Source: Obrimoposthia wandeli
Taxonomy: Eukaryota
Direction of reading: 5' to 3'
Length of the DNA stretch: 64,000 bases
NCBI GenBank assembly: GCA_977020255.1
Contig: CDROCS010003917.1
Location: 186,001-250,000, forward strand
The notes under the pieces are model-generated. The model was given only the letters and a program-made list of their open reading frames with translations. It was not told the origin of the DNA and searched no databases. Below, piece after piece: positions 21,931 to 31,286 of this stretch. The first letter of the stretch is position 1, and each line of letters begins with the position of its first letter. The position numbers were made by a program, and so were the translations under genes.

Positions 21931-22737
21931 CTACAAAATATCAGCGAGTTCGACAAAGCCGAAACCACCGTTAGATTGCGTAATATAACGCGGGTGATAT
22001 TGCATATTGCCAATAAATTTGGCGATATTAGCCACCCCTATTGAACAATCGAAATGCTCAAACATCGCCTCATCATTGGGCGAATCTCCAATAAAGGCAC
22101 AGTGCTCAGTGGTGCTTTTTCCTTGATCGGCCAACCAGCGCAGTGCCGTTGCAGCTTTTGAGTAATCACCCAGCCAAGCGTTAATGTGAATGGAGCTGAG
22201 CTTGGCATTAATGCCTTGCTGTTGCAGCCAGTGTAATGCAGCTAATGCTTGCTGTGGATCTACTTTCGTTTCTTGGCCGATATCAAAGGCGATATCAGTA
22301 AAGCGAAAAGCTTGGTCAGGTGTGTAATCAATAGTTGGAAAGCGTTTTTTAACTTCAGTGGCTAAGGTGTGTAATTTGGCTAAATTTTGCTGGCGCTGTT
22401 GCTCTTGTACACTATAGTTGTAGCTGACTTTTCCGTTTTTATCGCGAGCCATCCAAAAACTACCGTTTTCGCCAATCACATAATCAATCGGCCAAGTGCG
22501 AATCATGCAATCACACCAACCGGCGCTAGCACCTGTCACAGGTATTACCGTAATACCTTTTTTTCGCAGCTTATCTAATGCAACAAAGGTTTCAACGGGC
22601 AGTTTTCCCTGCCAAGTTAGCGTGTCATCTACATCGGTAAAGAGGATCTCAATTTTATGCTGTAGTGCGTTAGGCAAAGGCTGTAGCGCTGCAGGTTGTG
22701 CGTTCGATGATGTTGTAATCAAAAGGGGTCTCTTCAA
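21931..22737 (-). CDS. HAD-IIB family phosphatase
   Basis: DxD motif 'FTDVDDTLT', 'PVTG', 'GDSPND'. Confidence 0.9.
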   Translation of the reverse strand: MKRPLLITTSSNAQPAALQPLPNALQHKIEILFTDVDDTLTWQGKLPVETFVALDKLRKKGITVIPVTGASAGWCDCMIRTWPIDYVIGENGSFWMARDKNGKVSYNYSVQEQQRQQNLAKLHTLATEVKKRFPTIDYTPDQAFRFTDIAFDIGQETKVDPQQALAALHWLQQQGINAKLSSIHINAWLGDYSKAATALRWLADQGKSTTEHCAFIGDSPNDEAMFEHFDCSIGVANIAKFIGNMQYHPRYITQSNGGFGFVELADIL

Positions 22738-22750
22738 TTTAAAGTAATAA

Positions 22751-23635
22751 TTAGGTAATAGCAGAACTAACGGTTAAGCAAATCGGCTGGTGGTCAGATG
22801 CGGGCGTTTGTGTGTCAACTTGCATACTGCTTAATTGTGCTGTCATATCCTCACTACATAAAAAATAATCACGACAATGCGCACCTTGCGGCCATTGTTG
22901 GTGATCAAATATGCCACAAGTAGCCAAGTGCTCTTGCTCTGGGTAAAGCACCGGCCAAGCATCTATCCAATGTGATGCCAAGATATGATCATAATCCTCT
23001 TCACCTAAAGCCACGTTAAGGTCACCACACAAAATAGTGCCAGCAGGAGATTGGGCATAACTATAACAACCTTGCTGATTAGCATCACTAGGTGCCAGCG
23101 CACGCTCTTGAGCACGATCTTTAATAGCGCTTAAATAATCAAGCTGTGCGACCCGCTCCGTATAAGAGTGAAACGCCAAATGGGTGCTGAGCACCCGAAT
23201 AGCTTGATCGCCTTGTGCCACAATTACTTCTATCGCAGTTCTAGGCATTTGCATCAAACCCTGTGTGGCAGGCGCTGGCAGGGTGTGCAGTTTAAAATCG
23301 AGTAATAAGCCTTTTTTGACTAACACTAAATTGCCAAACTCGCGGCGCTGCTCTTTTTTAGCAAACAAGCTAGTCGCAGATGTATTGGCCAAATCAGCAT
23401 CAGCAAGTTGCGGCCAACTTAAACCTGGCGCCCAAACACTGCTGTATTGCTCAAAGGCGTTTTCGAGCAGTTCAAGTTGGTCTTGTGCACCATGCTCTAC
23501 AAAATTACGGGCCACTTCTTGTAGACAAATTACCTCGGGATCGGCTGTTTCTTTAATGTGTGAGATGATGTTTTGCAATGCCACAATGCCATCACAGCCT
23601 TTACCGTTTTGAATATTCCAACTAAAGATTTGCAT
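22751..23635 (-). CDS. Endonuclease/exonuclease/phosphatase (EEP) family protein
   Basis: 'SWNIQNGKG', 'CLQEV', 'CGDLN', 'SDHQP'. Confidence 0.9.
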   Translation of the reverse strand: MQIFSWNIQNGKGCDGIVALQNIISHIKETADPEVICLQEVARNFVEHGAQDQLELLENAFEQYSSVWAPGLSWPQLADADLANTSATSLFAKKEQRREFGNLVLVKKGLLLDFKLHTLPAPATQGLMQMPRTAIEVIVAQGDQAIRVLSTHLAFHSYTERVAQLDYLSAIKDRAQERALAPSDANQQGCYSYAQSPAGTILCGDLNVALGEEDYDHILASHWIDAWPVLYPEQEHLATCGIFDHQQWPQGAHCRDYFLCSEDMTAQLSSMQVDTQTPASDHQPICLTVSSAIT

Positions 23636-24444
23636 TATTTAAGCCCTGCATGCACGAATGATTGCACAAATTGACGCTGAAATAATAAGAATAAAATTAA
23701 CAAAGGCCCAACGGATATCAAAGTACCTGCGCAAATAACTGACCAATCGACGCCAGATTCAGGCGCACCAAAGATGGCCATACCTACTGTAAGAGGGCGG
23801 CTCTGCTCTGTGTTAGTCACCACTAACGGCCATAAAAAGTTATTCCAGTGATAGCTGATAGAGACCAACGCGAAGGCTAAATAAGTTGGCTTAGCCAGTG
23901 GCACATACACTTTCCAAATAATACCGAGCAAGTTACAACCTTCAATCTTGGCGGCATCTTCTAAGTCTTGCGGAACGGTCATAAAGGTTTGGCGCAGTAG
24001 AAATATCCCAAAAGCACTGGCTAAATAGGGAAGCCCGACACCGATGTAGGAATCGATAATGCTAAAAGAAGCTAAGGTTTGATAGTTCTCTACGATTAAG
24101 ATTTCAGGAACAACCATCAACTGCATGAGGATTAAGGCAAATACAAAACCGCGTCCGAAAAATTCCATACGTGCTAGTGCATAAGCCGCTAATGTGCAAA
24201 GCACTAGCTGGCTAGCTAAAATTAAGGATGTAATAACAACCGTGTTGAGCATATAGCGCATAAAAGGCGCTTGTTCCCAGGCAGCTCTGAAATTCTCTAA
24301 ACTTAAAGGTGCAAATAAAGAGAAGTGTGTAGCGTATTCAGGTGGATGAAAGGCGGCCCAAAAAGCGTATAGCAGCGGGAAGAGCCATGCAATGCCTAAC
24401 AGCCAAGCTGCGCTGGTGGAGAAAAAATTGATAACTGGCTTCAT
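23635..24444 (-). CDS. ABC permease (UgpE-like)
   Basis: 'SAFGIFLLRQTF..VP.DLEDAAKIEG'. Confidence 0.92.
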   Translation of the reverse strand: MKPVINFFSTSAAWLLGIAWLFPLLYAFWAAFHPPEYATHFSLFAPLSLENFRAAWEQAPFMRYMLNTVVITSLILASQLVLCTLAAYALARMEFFGRGFVFALILMQLMVVPEILIVENYQTLASFSIIDSYIGVGLPYLASAFGIFLLRQTFMTVPQDLEDAAKIEGCNLLGIIWKVYVPLAKPTYLAFALVSISYHWNNFLWPLVVTNTEQSRPLTVGMAIFGAPESGVDWSVICAGTLISVGPLLILFLLFQRQFVQSFVHAGLK

Positions 24445-24497
24445 AAGTATTCTCTAATTTTCATATATAACATTCGTTTTTCAACACAACAAATCGG

Positions 24498-25361
24498 TTA
24501 GCGATAGTGAACACGCCGTTCTAATACACCGAATTGAATGATTGCCAGCACCACTAAAATTAACAGTAGGATGACGGTAAGTACGGCCGCGTAGCCAATA
24601 TCAAAGAAGCTGAAAGCGTTTTCGTATATATAATAAAGTAATAAATTACTGGCGTTATTTGGCCCGCCTTTAGTCAATATAAATAAGTGATCAACCAGCT
24701 TAAAGGCGTTGAGTACTGCGTTGACTAATACAAATAAAGTGGTAGGCATTAGCAGTGGAAAAGTAATGCGCTTAAAGGTGTTCCATGCGCTAGAGTTCTC
24801 AATCGCGGCGGCGTTATATAGCTCTGGGCTTACAGCTTGTAAAGCTGCTAAATAGAAAATCATAAAAAAGCCAGCTTCTTTCCAAATGGTCATCACCATT
24901 AAGCTGAACAAGCTAAAATCGGGATCGCCCAGCCAGTTAATACCTGGATGGCCGAACCAATCTAAAACGGCATTAAACATGCCAATTTCAGGCGAATAGA
25001 AAAATAACCAAATGTTTGCCACAGAAATCATCGGCAATATCGTTGGTGTGAAATACGCTAAACGCAATACGCCGCGACCAGTCATTTTACTATTGACCCA
25101 CAGTGCCATCGCTAGTGCCAGCACGATAGAGACCGGAACCGTCACTAATGCATAGTAAAAGCTATTGCTTAACACTTGCATTAAGGTTTCATCTTCAAGT
25201 AGGAACAGGTAGTTTTCTATATTGAGGGGAGCATCTTTAGCCCCTAAAGTCGAAACACTGCGCCACAGCGTTTTCAGCGTTGGGAAGTGGGTAAAACTCA
25301 CTAAAAAGAACAGGGCAGGTAGTAACAGCAGCCATGCGTATAATTGACTTTTTCGACTCAT
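24498..25361 (-). CDS. ABC permease (UgpA-like)
   Basis: 'WKEAGFFMIFYLAALQ', EAA loop 'YNAAAIENSS'. Confidence 0.92.
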   Translation of the reverse strand: MSRKSQLYAWLLLLPALFFLVSFTHFPTLKTLWRSVSTLGAKDAPLNIENYLFLLEDETLMQVLSNSFYYALVTVPVSIVLALAMALWVNSKMTGRGVLRLAYFTPTILPMISVANIWLFFYSPEIGMFNAVLDWFGHPGINWLGDPDFSLFSLMVMTIWKEAGFFMIFYLAALQAVSPELYNAAAIENSSAWNTFKRITFPLLMPTTLFVLVNAVLNAFKLVDHLFILTKGGPNNASNLLLYYIYENAFSFFDIGYAAVLTVILLLILVVLAIIQFGVLERRVHYR

Positions 25362-25405
25362 AAAATTTAACTCTTAAAAATAGCTTTTAAAAAAACGGAC
25401 AAAAA

Positions 25406-25423
25406 GCGGGTGCGCGCACCCGC
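25406..25423. terminator. GC-rich palindrome just downstream of the binding-protein gene (stabilising hairpin)
   Basis: gcgggtgcgcgcacccgc, perfect 18-bp palindrome. Confidence 0.45.
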
Positions 25424-25436
25424 CTTATCATCTTTA

Positions 25437-26702
25437 TTACTTGTAACGAGACAGAATACGATCAGCTTGCTTTTGTGCACTATCTAAAGCATCTTTCGCT
25501 GATTTTTGACCACTTAAAGCAGCTTGAATAGCATCGTCTAAGATTTTACGAACACGACCTGCTTGGTGTGTTGAAAACTCAGCCGTGGCATATTTAAGCT
25601 GATCACGGGCAACCGCGGCAGGTGGGAAAGCCACTACGTAATCTTGTAATGCTTTAGTATCGTAAGCACTTGGGCTAACACCCATATAACCTGTGGCAAT
25701 ACTCCACTTGGCTGCTTGCTCTGGTGCTGTCATGAACTTAACAAGTTTTAGAGCAGCGCTGCGCTCATCTGCAGAAGATTTTTTGAATAAGTAGAAGTTA
25801 CCGCCTCCGGTTGGCGAGCCCAACTCTTTATTACCAGGCAGCATTGCAACGCCAAAATCAAACTTAGCGTTTTTCTTAACAGCGCTTAAGTTACCGGTTG
25901 AATGCCACATCATGGCTGTTTTTTGTTCGAGGAAGTTTTGACGTAACGTGCCCCATTCAATCATGCCCTTTGGCATAATTTTGTGCTCGCTACCTAATGA
26001 TTTCCAAAACTCAAGCGCGGCCACAACATCAGGGCTGTTGAAGTTAGTTTTAGTACCATCGCCATTCATCAGCTTTTGGCCATTTTGCTTAGTCAAGGCA
26101 CCGAACATCCAATAAGGATAGCCTGTTGATGGGATCATCGCGCCCCACTGATCAGCATTGGTAATTTTTTTACCCATGCTAACGTACTCATCCCATGTTG
26201 TTGGCGGCTTTTCAGGATCTAGGCCAGCGGCGCGAAACATGTCTTTGTTGTAGTACATAACGATAGTTGAACGTTGAAAAGGGATGCCCCAAGTTTTACC
26301 TTGTGCCTTACCGTTTTCCATCAATGCAGGGTAGAAGCTATTTAACCACTTCTTTTCTTGCTCAGTGCTGATCACATCGTCAAATGGCACGATGGCATCT
26401 AGGTTCATTAGCTCGTGAATATCGATTGAGAACATCACCGATAACTGCGCAGGCTTACCACTTTTAAGTGCCGCAAGCGCTTTAACGCGCGCATCGTTGT
26501 AGTTGCCAGCATAGATCGCTTTAACATCGATATCTGGGTTCTTTTTCTCAAAGTCACTAATAATGCCATCGACAACCTTAGTGATAGAGCCGCCAACCGC
26601 GACAGGATAGTACATCGTCAAATCGGTTTTAGCTTGTGCAAATGTACAGACACTGCTGGCAACTAACGCTGCCACTAACGTTTTTTTAGTCGTTTGGAAC
26701 AT
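25437..26702 (-). CDS. ABC substrate-binding protein (UgpB-like)
   Basis: 421 aa with signal peptide; 'GIPFQRST.VMYYNKD.F.AAGLDPEKPPTTW', 'PTGGGN'. Confidence 0.92.
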   Translation of the reverse strand: MFQTTKKTLVAALVASSVCTFAQAKTDLTMYYPVAVGGSITKVVDGIISDFEKKNPDIDVKAIYAGNYNDARVKALAALKSGKPAQLSVMFSIDIHELMNLDAIVPFDDVISTEQEKKWLNSFYPALMENGKAQGKTWGIPFQRSTIVMYYNKDMFRAAGLDPEKPPTTWDEYVSMGKKITNADQWGAMIPSTGYPYWMFGALTKQNGQKLMNGDGTKTNFNSPDVVAALEFWKSLGSEHKIMPKGMIEWGTLRQNFLEQKTAMMWHSTGNLSAVKKNAKFDFGVAMLPGNKELGSPTGGGNFYLFKKSSADERSAALKLVKFMTAPEQAAKWSIATGYMGVSPSAYDTKALQDYVVAFPPAAVARDQLKYATAEFSTHQAGRVRKILDDAIQAALSGQKSAKDALDSAQKQADRILSRYK

Positions 26703-27028
26703 GGGAATAATCCTATATTACGAAGCTATTTTATTTTAAGTTAAATTAAGTTCAATTCAGTTCAATGCGTTGCTATTTCTATCGTTATCACCGTTAAGCT
26801 AAGCTCAGCAGTGTTGGTGACTTAAACTAAAATGCGGTGACTCAAAATCTGCTACAGCCATTTAGACGCTGTATTTAACTTTTAAGAAGCGCATTGTGTT
26901 TATCTAAGCCTATTCACGGTGCATCGTTAATCACTTGAAACAGTGGCTTACGGAGCACTGTAAGAATTCTCTATCATTGGGATAACCAGTTTTTTTCATT
27001 TAGCGTGAAAACCTTATCCAGATGTTTA

Positions 27029-28075
27029 TCAGCAGGCTTGGTCACTAAGATTTACTCGCTTACCTGTTTGTAAATCAAAGTAATGTTGCTGATCCAGCGG
27101 CCAATCTAAATACACAGTATTGCCCACTTCTATGCGCTGTAATCCCTCTAAACTGAGCTTGAAAGTTTCATTGTGATACTGATCATCATTGAGCTGAACT
27201 TTGACTAACGTATCCACGCCTTGGTAGTCACAGTTAAGAACTTGTGCAGTTACTACCTGGCTATATTCTGCTGATGTTTCGCTATGTGGATGGCTATGAT
27301 GAGTGCGAATATGTTCCGGGCGCACCCCAATAGAGTGTTGCTGTGTGGTAAATAAATTCATCGGTAAATGGCCGATAAATGAAGCCACAAAAGTGCTGGC
27401 AGGCTCGTTATAAAGCGCTTCAGGAACGCCTGCTTGCTCGATCGCGCCTTCATTCAATAACACGATACGATCGGCCATGCTCATCGCTTCTATTTGATCA
27501 TGGGTTACATAAATAACGGTAAGGCCAAGGTTTTTTTGCAGAGAGCGAATTTCACTGCGCATTTCAGCGCGCAATTTTGCATCTAAGTTTGATAACGGCT
27601 CATCCATGAGGCAAATAGGCGCTTGAGATACGATAGCTCTAGCAAGGGCAACTCGTTGGCATTGACCACCTGAAAGCTGGCCAGGTTTTTTATCAATTTG
27701 TGCTTTTAAATTAACCAAATCAACCACAGAATCTAAACGTTTTTGCTGCTCTTTTTTTGCTAGATTGCGCGCTTTTAGGCCAAATAAAATATTTTCTTTT
27801 ACCGATAGGTGAGGGAACAATGCGTAAGATTGAAACACCATTGATAGTTGGCGCTTACCAGGAGGTAAGTGCGTAACCTCATTACCTTCGAGTATAATAG
27901 TGCCGCTTGTTGGTTCTTCAAGGCCTGCAATCATACGTAAAGTAGTGGATTTTCCACAACCTGAAGGGCCGAGCAGTGCAATAAATTCACCTTGCTCAAT
28001 CTCGATATTAATAGCGTCAACGGCAGTAGTACCCTGCCATTGTTTAGACAGTTGCTGTATTTGTAAAAAGCTCAT
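27029..28075 (-). CDS. ABC ATP-binding protein (UgpC-like)
   Basis: GPSGCGKST, LSGGQCQR, DEPLSNLD. Confidence 0.95.
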   Translation of the reverse strand: MSFLQIQQLSKQWQGTTAVDAINIEIEQGEFIALLGPSGCGKSTTLRMIAGLEEPTSGTIILEGNEVTHLPPGKRQLSMVFQSYALFPHLSVKENILFGLKARNLAKKEQQKRLDSVVDLVNLKAQIDKKPGQLSGGQCQRVALARAIVSQAPICLMDEPLSNLDAKLRAEMRSEIRSLQKNLGLTVIYVTHDQIEAMSMADRIVLLNEGAIEQAGVPEALYNEPASTFVASFIGHLPMNLFTTQQHSIGVRPEHIRTHHSHPHSETSAEYSQVVTAQVLNCDYQGVDTLVKVQLNDDQYHNETFKLSLEGLQRIEVGNTVYLDWPLDQQHYFDLQTGKRVNLSDQAC

Positions 28076-28869
28076 TTGTTTCCCTCATGGCTGCACTCAA
28101 TCACTTCCACACCGGCCTGTTTACAAGTAGCAGCTAAAGGGTTAGGTAACTGATCAATATAAAATTTGTCGACTTGGGCAATTGTCGCGGTCTTAATCGG
28201 TGCACTGCGCAAATACTTACTTTTATCTGCCACTAAAATGCAGTTATCACAATTGTTGATAATGGCGCTGGAAATGTGTGACTCTTCTGGAGAGAAGTCA
28301 AGCAACGCACCGTTTTCAGCAATACCACCGACTCCGAAAATGCCGAAGTTAAGATGAAACTTGCTTAAAAAGCGTGTGCAATCTTCACCGGTAACATCTT
28401 GATCTAATGGTCGTATCTTGCCGCCACTTAAATAAGTATCAATATTCGGATTCTGGCACAGCACTAAACCAGCATTGAGATTATTAGTTACAACGGTTAA
28501 ACCCGGATGATGAATTAACTCTTGAGCAATTTGCTGTGGTGTTGTACCGATGCCTAAAAATATACTGGCACCTTTTGGCAAAGTGGCAACAACGGCACGG
28601 GCAATCGCTTTTTTAGCTTGCAGGTTAATGACTTGGCGATTAGTAAAAGAGAGGTTGTGAGATTGAACAGGCAAGGTGATACCACCATGCACACGTTTCA
28701 CTAATCCCAAATCACTGAGTAAATTTAAGTCTTTGCGAATACTTTGTACTGACACTGCAAAGTGCTGAGTCAACATAGCGCTAGTAATTATTTCAGCTTG
28801 ATCTAGTTCTGTGCTACGCAACTGTTGCAAAATTTGTTGCTGCCTGTGGCTTAACTGCTCTTCATTCAC
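28072..28869 (-). CDS. DeoR/GlpR family regulator
   Basis: 'VSVQSIRKDL', 'RVHGG', 'FLGIGTT', 'VVTNNL'. Confidence 0.92.
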   Translation of the reverse strand: MNEEQLSHRQQQILQQLRSTELDQAEIITSAMLTQHFAVSVQSIRKDLNLLSDLGLVKRVHGGITLPVQSHNLSFTNRQVINLQAKKAIARAVVATLPKGASIFLGIGTTPQQIAQELIHHPGLTVVTNNLNAGLVLCQNPNIDTYLSGGKIRPLDQDVTGEDCTRFLSKFHLNFGIFGVGGIAENGALLDFSPEESHISSAIINNCDNCILVADKSKYLRSAPIKTATIAQVDKFYIDQLPNPLAATCKQAGVEVIECSHEGNK

Positions 28870-29027
28870 TGTTTGTTTCTCAAAAATAGTTTCGTAAGAA
28901 ATATACTAGCTTTCGATAGATAGTGTCAATGTCATTTTTTAAACTGTTTTTATGACGAATTGTTAATGTTAAGGATTAAAACATTTTAATATGACACTAA
29001 TATGACATTTTTTTGATAATGCATTAG

Positions 29028-29049
29028 ATGTTCGAACTTTCGTTCGAAA
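29028..29049. promoter_or_regulatory. GlpR-like operator upstream of the DeoR-ABC operon
   Basis: atgttcgaactttcgttcgaaa resembles the E. coli GlpR half-site WATKYTCGWW; more half-sites near 28890-28920. Confidence 0.45.
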
Positions 29050-29120
29050 TTAGCAGGTTGTTTTTAAACATGAGGGGGTAAAGTGGTGCCGTTGTGGCAA
29101 TACTAGGAGTTTAGGACACA

Positions 29121-29155
29121 AAAAGCTAAAAGCTAAAAGCTAAAAGCAAAAAACT
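29121..29155 (+). repeat. Heptamer repeat (AAAAGCT)x3 plus 2 degenerate units
   Basis: aaaagct aaaagct aaaagct aaaagca aaaaact. Confidence 0.85.
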
Positions 29156-29642
29156 AAAGCGCGGTAAAGTAATTTGAAAGATCTATGTCTCTCACTCTAT
29201 CATTTGCATTGGGTATTTCTTCACTATCGTTATGCACGCTAAAGTAGAGCTTATCATTCTCAATTAAAAAAACTTGGTATTGGCGTATTTCGAAGGGTGA
29301 GCCGTTAAATGTAGTAATCAAAGTATCAATTTCAGTGACTGCTTTCGCGTTACTATCAATAAACGTTTCGCCGATTTTAAAGTTGCCAGCAGCAGTAGGG
29401 TTTGGTGCATATTTGTGAGGAATTTTACAGTTGTCATCCTTAAAATTTTTAATATCACTATTAAACAGTGAGCCTGAAAAGTTCAAGCGAACAATATCGT
29501 AATGTGAATCTGGATCACTAGGATCAGCTAAATGACAACTGCGCTCCCAGCTCCCTTCTAACTGACTAGAGGCAGCAGACACCGACTGTATTGATAGCAA
29601 AGCAAAAGATAAAACCAACCAACTGATAGACTTAGAATTCAT
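29154..29642 (-). CDS. Hypothetical secreted protein, beta-rich, two Cys
   Basis: 162 aa, signal peptide 'MNSKSISWLVLSFALLSIQSVSA'; no family recognised. Confidence 0.75.
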   Translation of the reverse strand: MNSKSISWLVLSFALLSIQSVSAASSQLEGSWERSCHLADPSDPDSHYDIVRLNFSGSLFNSDIKNFKDDNCKIPHKYAPNPTAAGNFKIGETFIDSNAKAVTEIDTLITTFNGSPFEIRQYQVFLIENDKLYFSVHNDSEEIPNANDRVRDIDLSNYFTAL

Positions 29643-29700
29643 ATGCTTTCCATCAATATTTATTAAATATAAAACTAGGATTAGATTCGGTATAACTTAG

Positions 29701-29869
29701 GAAACATGCGATTAAGTCCCTAACGCCTCTGGCGTTTTCAAAGAAAGCTAAGGGGGTATCTCTTTTGTCAAAACGCTTGGAAAGGATTCGTCAATCACTG
29801 CGTGTTTTTTCGCGGATCTACTCCCTTAGTTATCTACAGAGAAGATTTAGGGAGTTAATCGCATGTTCC
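29701..29869. mobile_element. 169-bp MITE derived from an IS5-subgroup element
   Basis: 23-bp TIRs 21/23 identical (gaaacatgcgattaagtccctaa / ttagggagttaatcgcatgttcc), TTAG direct repeat on both sides, no ORF. Confidence 0.8.
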
Positions 29870-30037
29870 TTAGCCAGCGCGCATGAAAACTGTGCTTAAT
29901 AATACAGCGTTAAAGATCGGTTCATTATCGAGATGCGATGTTTACTGAATACTCATGTACACTAGTAATACCCATAAACAGGGGCAAGTTGACTCTGTTA
30001 AATCGACGATCTTTAAAAAATAGCTGTTTATATTTTC

Positions 30038-30907
30038 TTAATCTTGCAGTGCAATAGCCGCCATTTTCGAGATGCTCGCAAATGATTCAGCACCAGCTAT
30101 GAATAAACCATTATGGCAGAACATTGCATCGCTAATGCCTGTTTCATCTTTAAGCGCTTGATCGGATAAGCCTGCCCAAGGTTTTGGTAGAGATTTCCTG
30201 TCATCAAATGAGCCTAGCTCAGCAGGCACTGTTTGAATAAGCCATTGGCCAGATTGAGAAGGGTAGATGACAAATAAGGCTTCTTGGGACAAGGTGTGAA
30301 CCGTTTTTTTCCATGGGGTGTATTTTTCTAATACGATCACTCTTGGGTCTTGTGCATTATCAATCGCTTTGGCTACAATGGCTTTAGCATTAAGACCACC
30401 ACTTGAAGCCGCTATGAAGCGCGTTAAAATGCGCGACGCAAAACTAACCGCTTCATCAAAGCAATTATCAAAGTCACCCTCTTCTTGCCATGTTGGGTTA
30501 AACATTGAAATCGTTTGGCTCAAACTAATCCCCTTCGAAACTCCCTCAACATGACCGCAATCGATAGCATCAATGGTGGATACCAGCTTTACATCGATAG
30601 CATTGGCAAGATCTTGATCCCCTTGGCAAATTTGTAGCCCATATTTCTGCCAAATCAAGCCAAAAGAAGAATAGGGAATGCCATTTTCACGCTCACCTGC
30701 ACCGCCGCGTTGATGGTGATCAAAGCGTCCAGTATCTGGATCATATTCACCGCCTACATCAATCACGATATCAGCTTCACTAATAAGCGCTAAATCACGG
30801 GTGCGTATGAGCTTAAAAGTAGGAAAGATGAGCTTAAGTGCAGCGATACTGAAAACATCATCTGCATGAAAATTACCGTTGTGAGTTGCTATCGTTAAAT
30901 CAGTCAT
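30038..30907 (-). CDS. MYG1 family protein (putative exonuclease / metal hydrolase)
   Basis: 'THNGNFHADD', 'RTRD', 'DVGGEYDP...FDHHQ', 'FCHNGLFIAG'. Confidence 0.93.
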   Translation of the reverse strand: MTDLTIATHNGNFHADDVFSIAALKLIFPTFKLIRTRDLALISEADIVIDVGGEYDPDTGRFDHHQRGGAGERENGIPYSSFGLIWQKYGLQICQGDQDLANAIDVKLVSTIDAIDCGHVEGVSKGISLSQTISMFNPTWQEEGDFDNCFDEAVSFASRILTRFIAASSGGLNAKAIVAKAIDNAQDPRVIVLEKYTPWKKTVHTLSQEALFVIYPSQSGQWLIQTVPAELGSFDDRKSLPKPWAGLSDQALKDETGISDAMFCHNGLFIAGAESFASISKMAAIALQD

Positions 30908-31149
30908 TTTATGGGTGTCATGTTAGGAGATTGTAAGAAGGAGTATTGCGTTCAGTTTTAATACTTTGTAAAAAACTGAACATGTAGAATATGGGGAGGA
31001 TTCTATACGAAGCGCAGGCAGATAACAAAAATAGCGGGTTTTAATCACAAAATATCCAATATCATTGCTGTCCGGTTAAAAAAAGAAAGCTCTTTACTCA
31101 TTGATTTGTGGTTTTCTAGCATCGTTAATTCGAGCCAATTAACACTTAA

Positions 31150-31201
31150 AGTAAAATCAATGAGTTATAGAGCAACAAAAATTAAACCGGACACTAATGA
31201 T
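31150..31201 (+). repeat. 52-bp dispersed direct repeat, copy 2
   Basis: 49/52 identical to 15651-15702. Confidence 0.9.
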
Positions 31202-31286
31202 CCAATATGAAACAAAATAAGAGGCTTAGCGCTTCATTTATTTAAGTGAGGCTTTGTTACTGCGAACTGTCAGTTTAGCAGCTAGT

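Noticed and set aside
26703-27028. 326-bp gap inside the Ugp-like operon
   Set aside because: No ORF, strong hairpin or homology seen; probably an internal promoter region for the binding protein.
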